Shown here: positions 49,465 through 61,462 of the stretch, piece by piece
Position numbering within the stretch: the first letter of the stretch is position 1
Layout of the letters: each line of letters opens with the position of its first letter
Assembly: GCF_009914755.1 (NCBI RefSeq)
Contig: NC_060933.1
Strand: one strand, 5' to 3'
Length of the DNA stretch: 64,000 bases
DNA from: the human T2T-CHM13v2.0 reference genome, Homo sapiens
The notes under the pieces: model-generated
Database searches by the model: none
What the model saw: only the letters and a program-made list of their open reading frames with translations
Told to the model about the DNA's origin: nothing
Translations under genes and position numbers: made by a program

Positions 49465-50489
49465 GATCTCAAGTTCCTAAGAAACTTCAGCCAATGCTGG
49501 GGAGAAAGGAGAGAAACCAAATCATTTTTTGGGGAAAAAAGGGATGCAGACATGGGGAGTAGAGAGTTCCATAGCTCTGCAGCCATGGCCCCAAGTGTCC
49601 CACCAAGCATGAGACTTGTAGGTGAGCAGAGTACCAGGCTCACCTGATATGCCAATCTGCCCTTCCTGAACATTACGGATAGGACCATGGCTCTTTCTTT
49701 AGCAAATATGTGTCTGGAGGATCAGACGTAGGAAGGGTGGTGGAGCTGGCTCCTTTCTAACTTGGCAGTGCACTTTACCAAGAGATAGAAGAAGACTTGG
49801 CTGAATTAGGCATTTCTGAGCACAGGCATTATAATTCTGCCTAATCTTCAAAGACAGAATGAACTTGTCCTGCTCCTTTCTATGTACCAGCTGCTTCTCT
49901 GCAAAGAAATCATTCATTCCTTCCCTCAAATTAGAATGTACAATGTGGTAGCCACTTTCCACGTAGTCAAAAGGTTGTCAAATGGCAGAATTAGACCTGA
50001 AAATGTTCATTTGATGAGTGCTTGCGACACGTTTGCTTATGTGTCATCAGCGCTAGATGCTTTCCAGGGAAGAAATAAGAACGGAAACTAGAGAGAAGAG
50101 GTGCAGAAAGAATGAGGACTTGATCCAGGATGGAGCTAGGTAGAACAGGGATTTTTCTTGGTAGATAGAAATATACAGTAACTCACCCTAGGAAAGGGTG
50201 AGTTACTGCAGATCTCATCAGCAGTGGTCAAACATGGGGCAACAATGTGGGCTTATGAGGTGATGGACAGATCAATTCCGACTCGAACACCAAGGGGTTA
50301 TGGCAGAATCTGAATGAGAAAAAATGAAGATTCCCTATGACTGGAGAAAAGAGGCTGTGTCTTCAAGGGTTAAGTCTGTCAAAGCGATCATCATGGCAGA
50401 TAAGGATGCCATTTAACACAGACCATGCAGTCACGCAATCCTGGGGAGCTGGACCCTGGCCCAGCCCCTTGGGAGCGCCATCACACTTG

Positions 50490-50820
50490 GAAAACTCCTT
50501 AAACTCACCGAGCCTCAGTTTCCTCCTATATAAATAGACTTAATAAAAAACCTAACTCATATGGTTGTGGGGAGGAAGAAATAAAGAGTCTGCATTAACA
50601 ATAACAGCTAACACTGAGAGAAAGAGAGAGAGAGAGGGAGAATGAATCTATGTGTACTCAATTCATTATATCCTCACAACAATCTTAGACACTAGGTACT
50701 ATTCCCATGCCCATACTACAGATGAGGAAACTCAGGAACAGAGAAATTGAGTGACTTCCCCAAAGTGGTATAGATAATAAGTGGCCAAGCCAGATTCTGA
50801 CCCAAGGCAATCTAGCACCA
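50490..50820. mobile_element. Two MIR fragments in opposite orientation
   Basis: GAGCCTCAGTTTCCTCCTATATAAA (+) and ACAGATGAGGAAACTCAGG (-). Confidence 0.7.
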
Positions 50821-52359
50821 CCTGCAATACTAGGCTCCTACTGCAAAACTATGCTCAAAATTCTCTATATGGATTAGCAGACAAAATGAGGACAAATAGC
50901 AGATGCAAGAAAAATGCAAGGGCCAGAATCTCTAAGGATTTCAAAGGAGGTCCCTGATCCCTCAGGTGCCAGGAGTAAGATTTAGACCTAGATCCACATT
51001 TTATCATATTCCGTCCTTTTCTTTGCATACTCTAGCTGGATGGGCCTTGAATGAGGACACAAAAGGCACCGTTTGAAGTCCCCAGACCACTGCTGGCTCC
51101 TCCAACTCAGCAGGCAGGGAGGACAGGAGCCTGCAGCAGAATCATTTCTCATCTAACCACCTCTCTCAACCAGTGCTCCACCAGGCAGCACATCTGATTT
51201 CTCAGATTCCTCAGTCCCAGCATTTGTGAAACTGGATTTTATCTGTGTTGACAATCAATAAAGCTTTTAAGAATAGAGACAGCTCTTGTTCTGGAGAGTT
51301 CTAAGTGCTGGTGAGCAGATCTAAGAATGCAGAAAAATATTAATGACCCTCAACTATTAACATTCCCAAATAGTTTGTTCATTTTCATACAGTTGGGTGC
51401 TTATTAGTCAGACTGGCACAAAACTAATCTTTATTTTTAAACCACCATCTTCCTTTAGTGTTGCATTCATTTCTATTTTTTAAGAAATGAATTAAATTTC
51501 ATTACTGTGAGCAGTAGTATCTGAATCTCCAAGTTTCATGTACCCTTAGGCACTTCCTTGCTTTAATATTTTCTTATTTTTTCCACCAAGCACACTGTTG
51601 GCCTACTTGGCCACCTCTTTAGAATAAGTTATATTCCTTTAAAACTACCATCCCACCAAAGGTATGTACTAGTGAGAAAAGCAAGCCAAGGACCAGATGG
51701 GCATCCTGTGTCACCTGGATATGTATCGGACAGGGAGAGCACAGCAGTTCCTTCAGATTTCTCTCTGTCACATAAAGTGGCAGGGGATGAGACCCACAAG
51801 CACTTTCTGGCTCCAAAAATTGGCATCTGGCAGCATCTCCTTCCACCTGCATCAAACTCCAAGCTTCTTTTAGAGAACCAAGCAGTATTTTTAGCAGCAA
51901 AGGTATGAAAATGACTGATTACATATTTGAACATGGATACAAAAAAGCACACTTAAAAAAAATTTTAAAAACTCCTATCCTTTCCACAACATTAACAATT
52001 TAAACTACACTATGAAGGTAAAAAAGCTTACTACTCAGCTTTCACCAAGGTAAGCCACTGAATGAATTCCTCAGAGATTCTGTCAAAGGAGCCACATCCT
52101 CAGTGGCAGGGTAGAAGAAAGGATCCGCCTGCAGCCACAGGCCCTGCCCCACTCATTGCCTCCCCAGGACTACAGTCCACTCTTCTAAGAGCCAGTCTCT
52201 TCCTGAAGCCACCCGTCTATCCTCCTTCCCCAAGGCATGAAGAGCGTAGGACTTGGAGCATGACAATCTCATGACAGCCTGGCCAGCCCTATTTCTCACT
52301 GTGTGAACTTAAGCACTTCAACTGAACCTTTGAGCCTTGAATTCTTCAATGACAGCGGG

Positions 52360-52931
52360 ACTGGTGCCCAGTGTCTATTCCACTTTCCTTCTAGCATGCC
52401 TTCCTGATCTGCAGAGGCTTGGAAATCTGACAGTACAGATGCCCTTGCAGCTGGGTGCAGGGTTTATTTAGGTTCAGCCAATCAGACACTCTCAAGCTGG
52501 ATTTAGAAGGTGAAAGTCAGGTTAGAGGCTGTGTTTCTGCTCTTTCTCCTGGAAATCATGGGAGGATTTTTTTTTTTTTTTTAATAACCTGTGGTGTTTT
52601 GTAACTAGGATCCTAAGCACTGAATGGCAGGGCCCTGGTGGTGGTATGTGCCAAAATGCAACTCCAAGCTTCTTTTAGAGAACCAAAACTGTGCCAAAAT
52701 GCACAGTTCCAGTGGCAGCATCCCGATTCCTCTCCTGCTCGACAGGCAGAAGCAGCTCTCTTCAGGCAGACCAGTTTTACAGTGAGGTCCGAGACATAGC
52801 ACACTGAGACCTAGCCTGCTCCACAGGCCTTTCAATGATTTTATAAGCATCCAATTCCTACATTAAAACCTGATCTCTCTTTAAAATAATAAGATGGTTT
52901 CTATTTTCTGCAACCGAGCCTAGACTGATAT
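52360..52931 (+). mobile_element. LTR16-like ERVL solo LTR
   Basis: CAGATGCCCTTGCAGCTGGGTG...AGCCAATCAGACAC...GGTTTCTATTTTCTGCAACCGAGCCTAGACTGATATA. Confidence 0.7.
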
Positions 52932-54398
52932 ACCTCTCTAACCTTCTGAGCAGGTATAAAGACTGAAAGATGAAAGGCAGGCAAGAGAGCACAGCAGTTA
53001 AGAACATAAGCTCTGAGCTCAGATGGCCTGGGCTTAAATCCTGGTCCCGCCTCTAGCTTGATTTGCAACCAGGGGCAAGTTCCTTAATCTCCAGTTTTTA
53101 CATGATGGGGATACTACAGGATTACATAAGATAATACATGTAGAATCCTTGCCAAGTACTTGGTCCCTAGTAGGAATTCAATACATGTTAGTTTTTTCTT
53201 GTCCTAAGTTCTCATAGGACCCTCTGTACACTTCTATTATTGCAGTTATCCCATTGATCAATTCTCTGTGAGCACAAACCCAGAGGACTGTTTATCACAT
53301 ATAAGTAAAAAGTAGAACACCCCAAATTCTAATCCACGTGACTTGGGAGCAACCTTGAAGAACTGAAAAAAATAATTGAAACTTATTAAGTGAAAACATA
53401 ATTGTATCTACCGTACTGTGTTACGGAAATAGTGTGAAACAGGTGGCCGGGTGTGGAAGTATGACAAAGAGGGGAAATTACAGCAAGAGTTGGCCAGGCC
53501 TGTCCAACGGTGCTGAAGGATAGAGGAAATCTTGGCTGGGCAAATGCTCCATTTTCCTCAGTAAGGTCATCCCTGCTGTGGGTCAGAGTCTATCAAGCTA
53601 TTTTAGCAAAGCAACACTTCTTAAGTCCACTACGATGCCATAATCTGGCTCCTTAGTTTGTTATCTGTAGACAGCCAACGTGCTAGTCAGAACAGTCAAC
53701 TTCACAGTTTAATTCCTAATCGTAAATTAATAGATTGTCACCTGGTTATTATAATTTTACTCACCTACAGTCAGATACGGCACTGATTTTAGCTTTCCAT
53801 TTGGTTTTAGCGATGTAGCTCTCATTGTATTACAATGGGCTGTATAATTGGATTTGTATTAATATATAGCAGTCATAATGAGCTTGGTTCACATAAGTCC
53901 ACCTAGGAGAGACAATCCCTTTGCAGTGAGCTATCATGATCAGGTTTATGATTCCACTGGGCTGAGGGCCAGGTTCCTGACCATGGCAAATTCACCAAGT
54001 TACCTGCTACCTGCTAACTGCTTTGAGTGCCCTGTGTGTCCAGCAATAACCTTCAAATTTGAGCACTGAAACTGTATACAATGATCTGCTTTCATGTCTG
54101 TGAAATGACCATTCCTAAATCAGATTTTACCTCCAAATGCCCAGCCAGGCACATACATAGTTGATATATAATAAATATTTGATGAATGAATCCATAAACA
54201 AATGGATGTGCCCTTCTGCAGAGGAGTTTTAAAAAAACTATAGAAATGGCAAGAAAGAAAATAAATCCAAAGGGACTCTGAGAAGAAGAGAATCATAGGC
54301 TTAAATATTTTGTGGTGATTCTTTGCAAATATTCAAAGCTTAGCTATTGATATTCTAACATTTTTGGACAGCTTTTTATATAATGCTGTTATCATGAG

Positions 54399-54533
54399 TG
54401 TATTAATTTTCTATTGCTGCTCTAACACATTACCACAAAATTTGATGCTAACAACAATATTTATATATTATCCTACAGTTTCTGTTGTCAGAAGTCCAGG
54501 CCCAGCATGGCCCAGCTGGGTTCTCTGCTTGGG
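54399..54533 (-). mobile_element. MLT1 LTR 3' fragment
   Basis: TGTATTAATTTTCTATTGCTGC...TTACCACAAA...ACAGTTTCTGT...TCAGAAGTCC. Confidence 0.65.
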
Positions 54534-54822
54534 CAGTCATGTAATTATGTGACAACTAATTCACCTTTGAGAAGCACTACTGATTATCCTAAAGTTCCAG
54601 ATTATTCTGGAGCTAAAAACCAGATTTTGTCTGGCTCCATTTCAGACCAGGCTCTTTGAAAGAAACTTTGACTTAAGTCTGTTCACTTCAATCGGAAAAA
54701 GATGATGTTTCTCTAGTCTTTCTCTAGCAAATGCTCAAGTTTAGGGAAGTGTTTTAGGGAGAGAAAACGTGACATCAGAAATGTATAAAACTAGAGCTTG
54801 ATATTCACACTTCTTTTACTGA

Positions 54823-54825
<3 letters not shown>

Positions 54826-54857
<32 letters not shown>

Positions 54858-55002
54858 GACAATGGTCTGACTCTGTTGCCCAGGCTGCAGTAAGTGGCAC
54901 CATCATTACTCACTGTAGCCTCAAACTCCTGGGCTCAGGCAATCTTCCTGACTCAGCCTCCAAAAGCATTAGGGTTACAGGTGGGAGGCATTGTGCCCAG
55001 CC
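54826..55002 (-). mobile_element. FRAM/FAM Alu monomer
   Basis: Single monomer with long T-run. TSD TGAA(G/A)CTTTT at 54820-54829 and 55003-55012. Confidence 0.85.
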
Positions 55003-55612
55003 TGAAACTTTTTAAAAACAGAAATGCCTACCTCAAAATTCTGGAGTCAATTCATTCAATTTACCAACTCACAATTGAAACAACTGACTAATCAGATGAT
55101 AACAGGTTGTAAATTCCTTGAAGGCAAGACTGCGTTTCATTTGTCTCTGTACCCCGAGAACTGAGCATGGGGATTGTTGTGTATTTAACATACTGTATGT
55201 TTAATAAATTTGAGACCTTTGGATGAAACTAAACATGGCAGCAAAATACATGGCTGTATAAAAACACTTGTCAGTAGCTGAAAAATTTCACTGATTCATA
55301 AAGTTAGTTGCCAAGAAGAAAAAAAATTGTAAAGCAGTTTCTTTTGTTTCTTCTTTTCTTTCTCCTCCTCCTCCTTTGTCTTGCTTTAAATTATGTTCAC
55401 CTAAAATTCTAGAAGGCTATTTTTTTCTTTGTTAGCAAATAGATGCAAAGCAGAAATAGTCCAATGCTAATTAAAAATTAGCTTGAGGTAAGGGCCAGGC
55501 CCATAACTGAAATAAAGAAACATCTAAAATACCCCAATAAGCCAGTGGAATTTCCCAGTCTTTTAAAGTCACATAAAACCCAGTAGAGATCTTGAAAAAG
55601 ATAAAGACATAC

Positions 55613-56053
55613 TACTATCATTTATTTGTCTTCACCAAAATTCACGTTGAAATTTGATCTTCAGTGTGTGCTGAGGATGTTGGGAGGTGGGGTCTAGTGG
55701 GAGGTGTTTGGGTCATGGGGGATGGATCCCTTATGAATGGCTTAGTACTATACTCTTGGTAGTGAGTTCTCCCTCTGGCAAGACTGTATTATTACTCTTG
55801 AGAATAGATTAGCTCCCTCTAGAGTGGGTTGTTACAAAGCCAGAATGCTCCTTGGGTTTCTCTCTGCACATGTCCACTTCCCCTTTTACCTTCTTTTTCA
55901 TGTTAGAACCCTGTATGAAAGCCCTCCCCAGAAGCCAGGGCCATGACCTTGAAATTCCCAGCCTGTAGAACCATGAGCTAAATAAACTTTTTTTCTTTAT
56001 AAATTATCTAGTCTCAGGTATTATGTTATAGCAACACAAAACAGACTAAGATA
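55613..56053 (+). mobile_element. MST-family MaLR solo LTR
   Basis: GGGTCTAGTGGGAGGTGTTTGGGTCATGGGGG...GAACCATGAGCTAAATAAAC...GCAACACAAAACAGACTAAGATA. Perfect 5-bp TSD CATAC (55608-55612, 56054-56058). Confidence 0.9.
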
Positions 56054-58729
56054 CATACCAACAGAGAAAGTGAAGAGATTTGATCACTGCGTCTATGCTA
56101 GAATAATTTTTATATAAAACAGGAAAAACTGGTTTACAGAACATTAAAGAAAATAACCTACCTACCAATAGACATGGAGTCCTGTGTCTCCTGTGACCTA
56201 CCAATAGACATGGAGTCCAGGCTTTTTGCCTGAACTAAGTCTGTGAAGAAGATAGACACAGGGAGTATCCATCAACCCCAGTTTCCCATCCCATCACTCT
56301 TTGTTTGTCCACATGAATAGGACGTCAGCCCTTCTCTGGAGCAGGAAAGGAGGAACAACCATAAATAACCTGTTTGTGGGATCAGAAAGTTTTCTAATTA
56401 GGACTATTCTACACAAATTCTGAACTTTCCTTATTTATTTTCAGTAGGTCTTTACTTAAACAAACAAAGAAAACCCCCTAAGAATTAGAATATAACATTA
56501 TTTGGAAAACTCTCCTTGCTATAAAGGAACAAGAGATCAAGGTTTCCTTCTTTTGAAAGAACCATAGGAGTAGTGTATATTTGAAAGGTTTTTGAACGGG
56601 ATTGGCTTTTGTAAGTGTGAGGGTCCAAGACGAAAGAAGAAACTTATCAGGATTGGTTTGTTTTTAATAAAGGAAGGTAATTCCTTTTAAATAATGCTAT
56701 ATTCAGTAAGAAAGAAATCAAGACAGTCATTTCACTTCCTGCTTATCACTGCTGTCAGTAATTCCTGCTAATCAGAAAGTTGGAGCTAGAACACATTCTC
56801 TTGTTCTACTAAGGTAAAGTCGTCTGTTCTCCTTGATTCAATAGCTTACCCCATACCGCAATGCACCTTCCTTCTGTTTCTGGGATAGACTGCAAAAAGT
56901 GCTTGCCTAACTCTTTTGTGTCAAGATTGCACAGCAATCAGTATGCAGCCTATTGATTTATGTGAAGACTCTCATCTTGCCAAGCAAAGAGAAATAAAGT
57001 ACAATTAGCTTACTTTGTGATCCTGCTGTTTACAAAGAAGATCAAACAAAAGACACCTACAAACAGCCACTTAGATCTGGAATACAAAGCACGATGCTTC
57101 TATTTAGTTCCTGATTCTTACCATGTCTGCCATATGGTAGCAAGTTGGCATAACCTAAATACCAGAGAATCTTGTTTTGAATTTCTACAACCATATCTGG
57201 GTTTCTCAGTATTGGTGTCCAGCCCATCAACAGATGGCGCCCAGCATTTTACCCATTAAACACCATGATCTCCATAACCATTTAATAATGAGATTGGACC
57301 AGATAAGATCAAGGAATGGATTAATATTCTGCACAGATTCTGCCAGCTTTTCAACTGCAAAGTGAATTTATGGATTGAATCCTCTGAAATTATCCCATAA
57401 AAGCAGAACAATATTCTTTAGTCAGTTCACAAAACAGTGTTTGGAGGAAAATGGCAGCATTGCAGCCATATGGACACTTGCACTTGAATGATAAAATTGG
57501 ACAATGTAAAAACAGATTACTTAAAATTAATTGCTGTATCTCTTTAAGTAAAGAATACTCTAGTTGACTTTGGTTTTGACATCAGTCATTTACTCAATAA
57601 TTATTTACTGGGTATCTGTTATTTGCCAGGCACTCTTTTAGGCATTAGGGATTCATGTGTGAATAAAACAGATTTCTGCCTGAATGAAACTTACAGTTCA
57701 CTGACTTCTTTCTATGTTTCCACCATAAACCATATACTGGCATAACTAGGGCTCCTGAGAAAGTGAGTGAACCACCCTTGAGGCCCATCAAACTCCATAT
57801 AAACACCCTGCTATATCCTTTTGTTAAAAAATAATGTGGCCTTTTAAAATAAGATAGATTAATGTTTATCATCCTGCTTCCTGGCTTCTCAAGCAGTACA
57901 GATTTTGGTAATTCAATCTGAGCCACATAACTTTATTTTGTTGAATGTTGGTGTGATCCACAGATGATTTTCAATATTCACCAAGGAATTTTTCAATCAA
58001 ATTTTGGAAATCTGTTGCCTCCTATTTTATTGAGAAAATAGAAACAAAAAGACAGCTTCTCCAAGTCCCACCAAGACATTCATCCATTACCTGTAGCTGG
58101 GCAATCACTCGGCTCCCTCCTTACTATTAAAATGTGGGCACTTGTCAGGGCCTTTCCATTTGTGTGCAGGATCCCCCGCCCATTCCCCATCCATTCAAGG
58201 ACAACGCACCAGTAATTCTCCCTCTCTTGAATTATCAAATCTTTCCTCTGCTGTGTAATTCCCATTACCACACAAATGTACTATAAATTTTCTTACTTTT
58301 ATTTTTTTATTATACTTTAAATTCTGGGATACATGTGCAGAACGTGCAGGTTTGTTACATAGGTATACATGTGGCATGGTGGTTTGCTGCACCCATCAAC
58401 CTGTCATCTACATTAGGTATTTCTCCTAATGCTATCCCTCCCCTTGTCCCTGACCCCCCCGACAGGCTCCTGTGTGATGTTCCCCTCCCTATGCCCATAT
58501 GTTCTCATTGTTCAACTCCCACTTATGAATGAGAACATGTGGTGTTTGGTTTTCTGTTCTGGTGTTAGTTTGCTGAAAATGATGGTTTCCAGCGTCATCT
58601 ATGTCCCTGCAAAGGACATTAAGTCAGTCTTTTTTATGGCTGCATAGTATTCCATGGTGTATATGTGCCACCTTTTTTTTAATCCAGCCTAACATTGATG
58701 GGCATTTGGGTTGGTTCCAAATGTTTGTT

Positions 58730-59012
58730 CTATCGCAAGGACGGAAAACCAAACACCACATGTTCTCACTCATAGGTGGAAATTGAACAATGAGAACACT
58801 TGGACACAGGGTGGGGAACATCACACACCAGGGCCTGTTGCCGGGTCGGGGGAGGGTGGAGGGTTAGCATTAGGAGATACACCTCACGTAAACGACAAGT
58901 TAAGGAGTGCATCACACCAACATGGCACATGTATACGTATGTAACAAATCTGCATGTTGTGCACAGGTACCTTTAACTTAAAGTATAATAAAAAAATAAA
59001 TTAAATTTAAAA
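58730..59012 (+). mobile_element. L1PA5-like 3'-end fragment inserted antisense into the host L1
   Basis: CTATCGCAAGG...3'UTR...A-rich tail. TSD AAATGTTTG(T/C)T at 58719-58729 and 59013-59023. Confidence 0.9.
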
Positions 59013-59384
59013 AAATGTTTGCTATTGTGAACAGTGCTGCAGTAAACATGTGTGCATGTGTCTTTATAGTAGAATGATTTATAATCCTTAGGGTATGTAC
59101 CCAGTAATTAGATTGCTGGGTCAAATGGTATTTCTGGTTCTAGATCCTTGAGGAATCACCAGACTATCTTCTACAATGGTTGAACTAATTTACACTCCCA
59201 CCAACAGTGTAAAAACGTTCCTATTTCTCAACATCCTCTCTAGCATCTGTTGTTTCCTGACTTTTTAATGATCACCATTCTAAGTGGCGTGAGATGGTAT
59301 CTCATTGTGGTTTTGATTTGCATTTCTGTAATGACCAGTGATGATGAGCTTTTTTTCATATGTTTGTTGGTTGCATAAATGTCA

Positions 59385-60041
59385 TTTTTTAATTTTTTTA
59401 TTTTATTTTATTTTATTTTATTATTATACTTTAAGTTTTAGGGTACATGTGCACAACGTGCAGGTTTGTTACGTATGTATACATGTGCCATGTTGGTGTG
59501 CTGCACCCATTAACTTCTCATTTGGCATTAGGTATATCTCCTAATGCTGTCCCTCCCCCCTTTCCCCCATCCCACAACAGTCCCATGTGTGATGCTCCCC
59601 TTCCTATGTCCACGTGTTCTCATTGTTCAATTCCCACCTATGAGTGAAAACATGCGGTGTTTGGTTTTTTGTCCTTGCGATAGTTTGCTGAGAATGATGG
59701 TTTCCAGCTTCATCCACGTCCCTACAAAGGAGATGAACTCATCATTTTTTATGGCTGCATAGTATTCCGTGGTGTATATGTGCCACATTTTCTTAATCCA
59801 GTCTATCGTTGTTGGACATTTGGGTTGGTTCCAAGTCTTTGCTGTCGTGAATAGTGCCGCAATAAACATACGTGTGCATGTGTCCTTATAGCAGCATGAT
59901 TCATAATCCTTTGGGTATATACCCAGTAATGGGATGGCTGGGTCAAATGGTATTTCTAGTTCTAGATCCCTGAGGAATCGACACACTGACTTCCACAATG
60001 GTTGAACTAGTTTACAGTCCCACCAAGAGTGCAAAAGTGTT
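59385..60041 (-). mobile_element. L1PA4-like 3' fragment inserted in the same orientation as the host L1
   Basis: Second T-rich tail, 3'UTR and ORF2 C-terminus (ORF 59627-60034). Host resumes at TGAGAAGTG. No clear TSD. Confidence 0.9.
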
Positions 60042-61030
60042 TGAGAAGTGTCTGTTCATATCCTTTGCCCACTTTTTGATGGGGTTGTTTTTTTCTTGTA
60101 AATTTGTTGAAGTTCCTTGTAGATTCTGGATATTAGCCCTTTGTCAGATTAATAGATGGCAAACATTTTCTCCCATTTTGTAGGTTGCCTGTTCACACCG
60201 ATGATAGTTTCTTTTGCTCTGCAGAAGCTCTTTAGGTTAATTAGATCCCATTTGTCTATTTTAGCTTTTGTTGCCATTACTTTTGGTGTTTTAGTCATGA
60301 AGTCTTTGCCCATGCCTATGTCCTGAATGGTATTGCCTAGGTTTTCTTCTAGGGTTTTTATGGTTTTAGGTCTTACGTTTAAGTCTTTAATCCATCTTGA
60401 GTTAATTTTTGTATAAAGTGTAAGGAAGGAGTCCAGTTTCAGCTTTCTGCATATGGCTAGCCAGTTTTCCCAACACCATTTATTAAATAGGGAATTCTTC
60501 CCCCATTGCTTGTTTTTGTCACATTTGTCAAAGATCAGATGGTTGTAGATGTGTGGTGTTATTTCTGAGGCCTCTATTCTGTTCCATTGGTCTATATATC
60601 TGTTTTGGTACCAGTACCAAGCTGTTTTGGTTACTGTGGCCTTGTAGTATAGTTTGAAGTCAGGTAGCTTGATGCCTCCAGCTTTGTTCTTTTTGCTTAG
60701 GATTGTCTTGGCTATATGGGCTTTTTTTTTTTTTTTTTGGTTCCATATGAAATTTAAAGTTGTTTTTTCTAATTCTGTGAAGAAAGTCAATGGTAGCTTG
60801 ATGGGAATAGCATTGAATCTATAAATTACTTTGGGCAGTATGGCTGTTTTCATGATATCGATTCTTCCTATCCATGAGCACGGAATGTTTTTCCCATTTG
60901 TTTGAGTCCTCTCTTATTTCCTTGAGCAGTGGTTTATAGTTCTCCTTGAGGTGGTCCTTCACATCCCTTGTAAGTTGTATTCCTAGGTATTTTATTCTCT
61001 TTGTAGCAACTGTGAATGGGAGTTTGCTCA

Positions 61031-61462
<432 letters not shown>

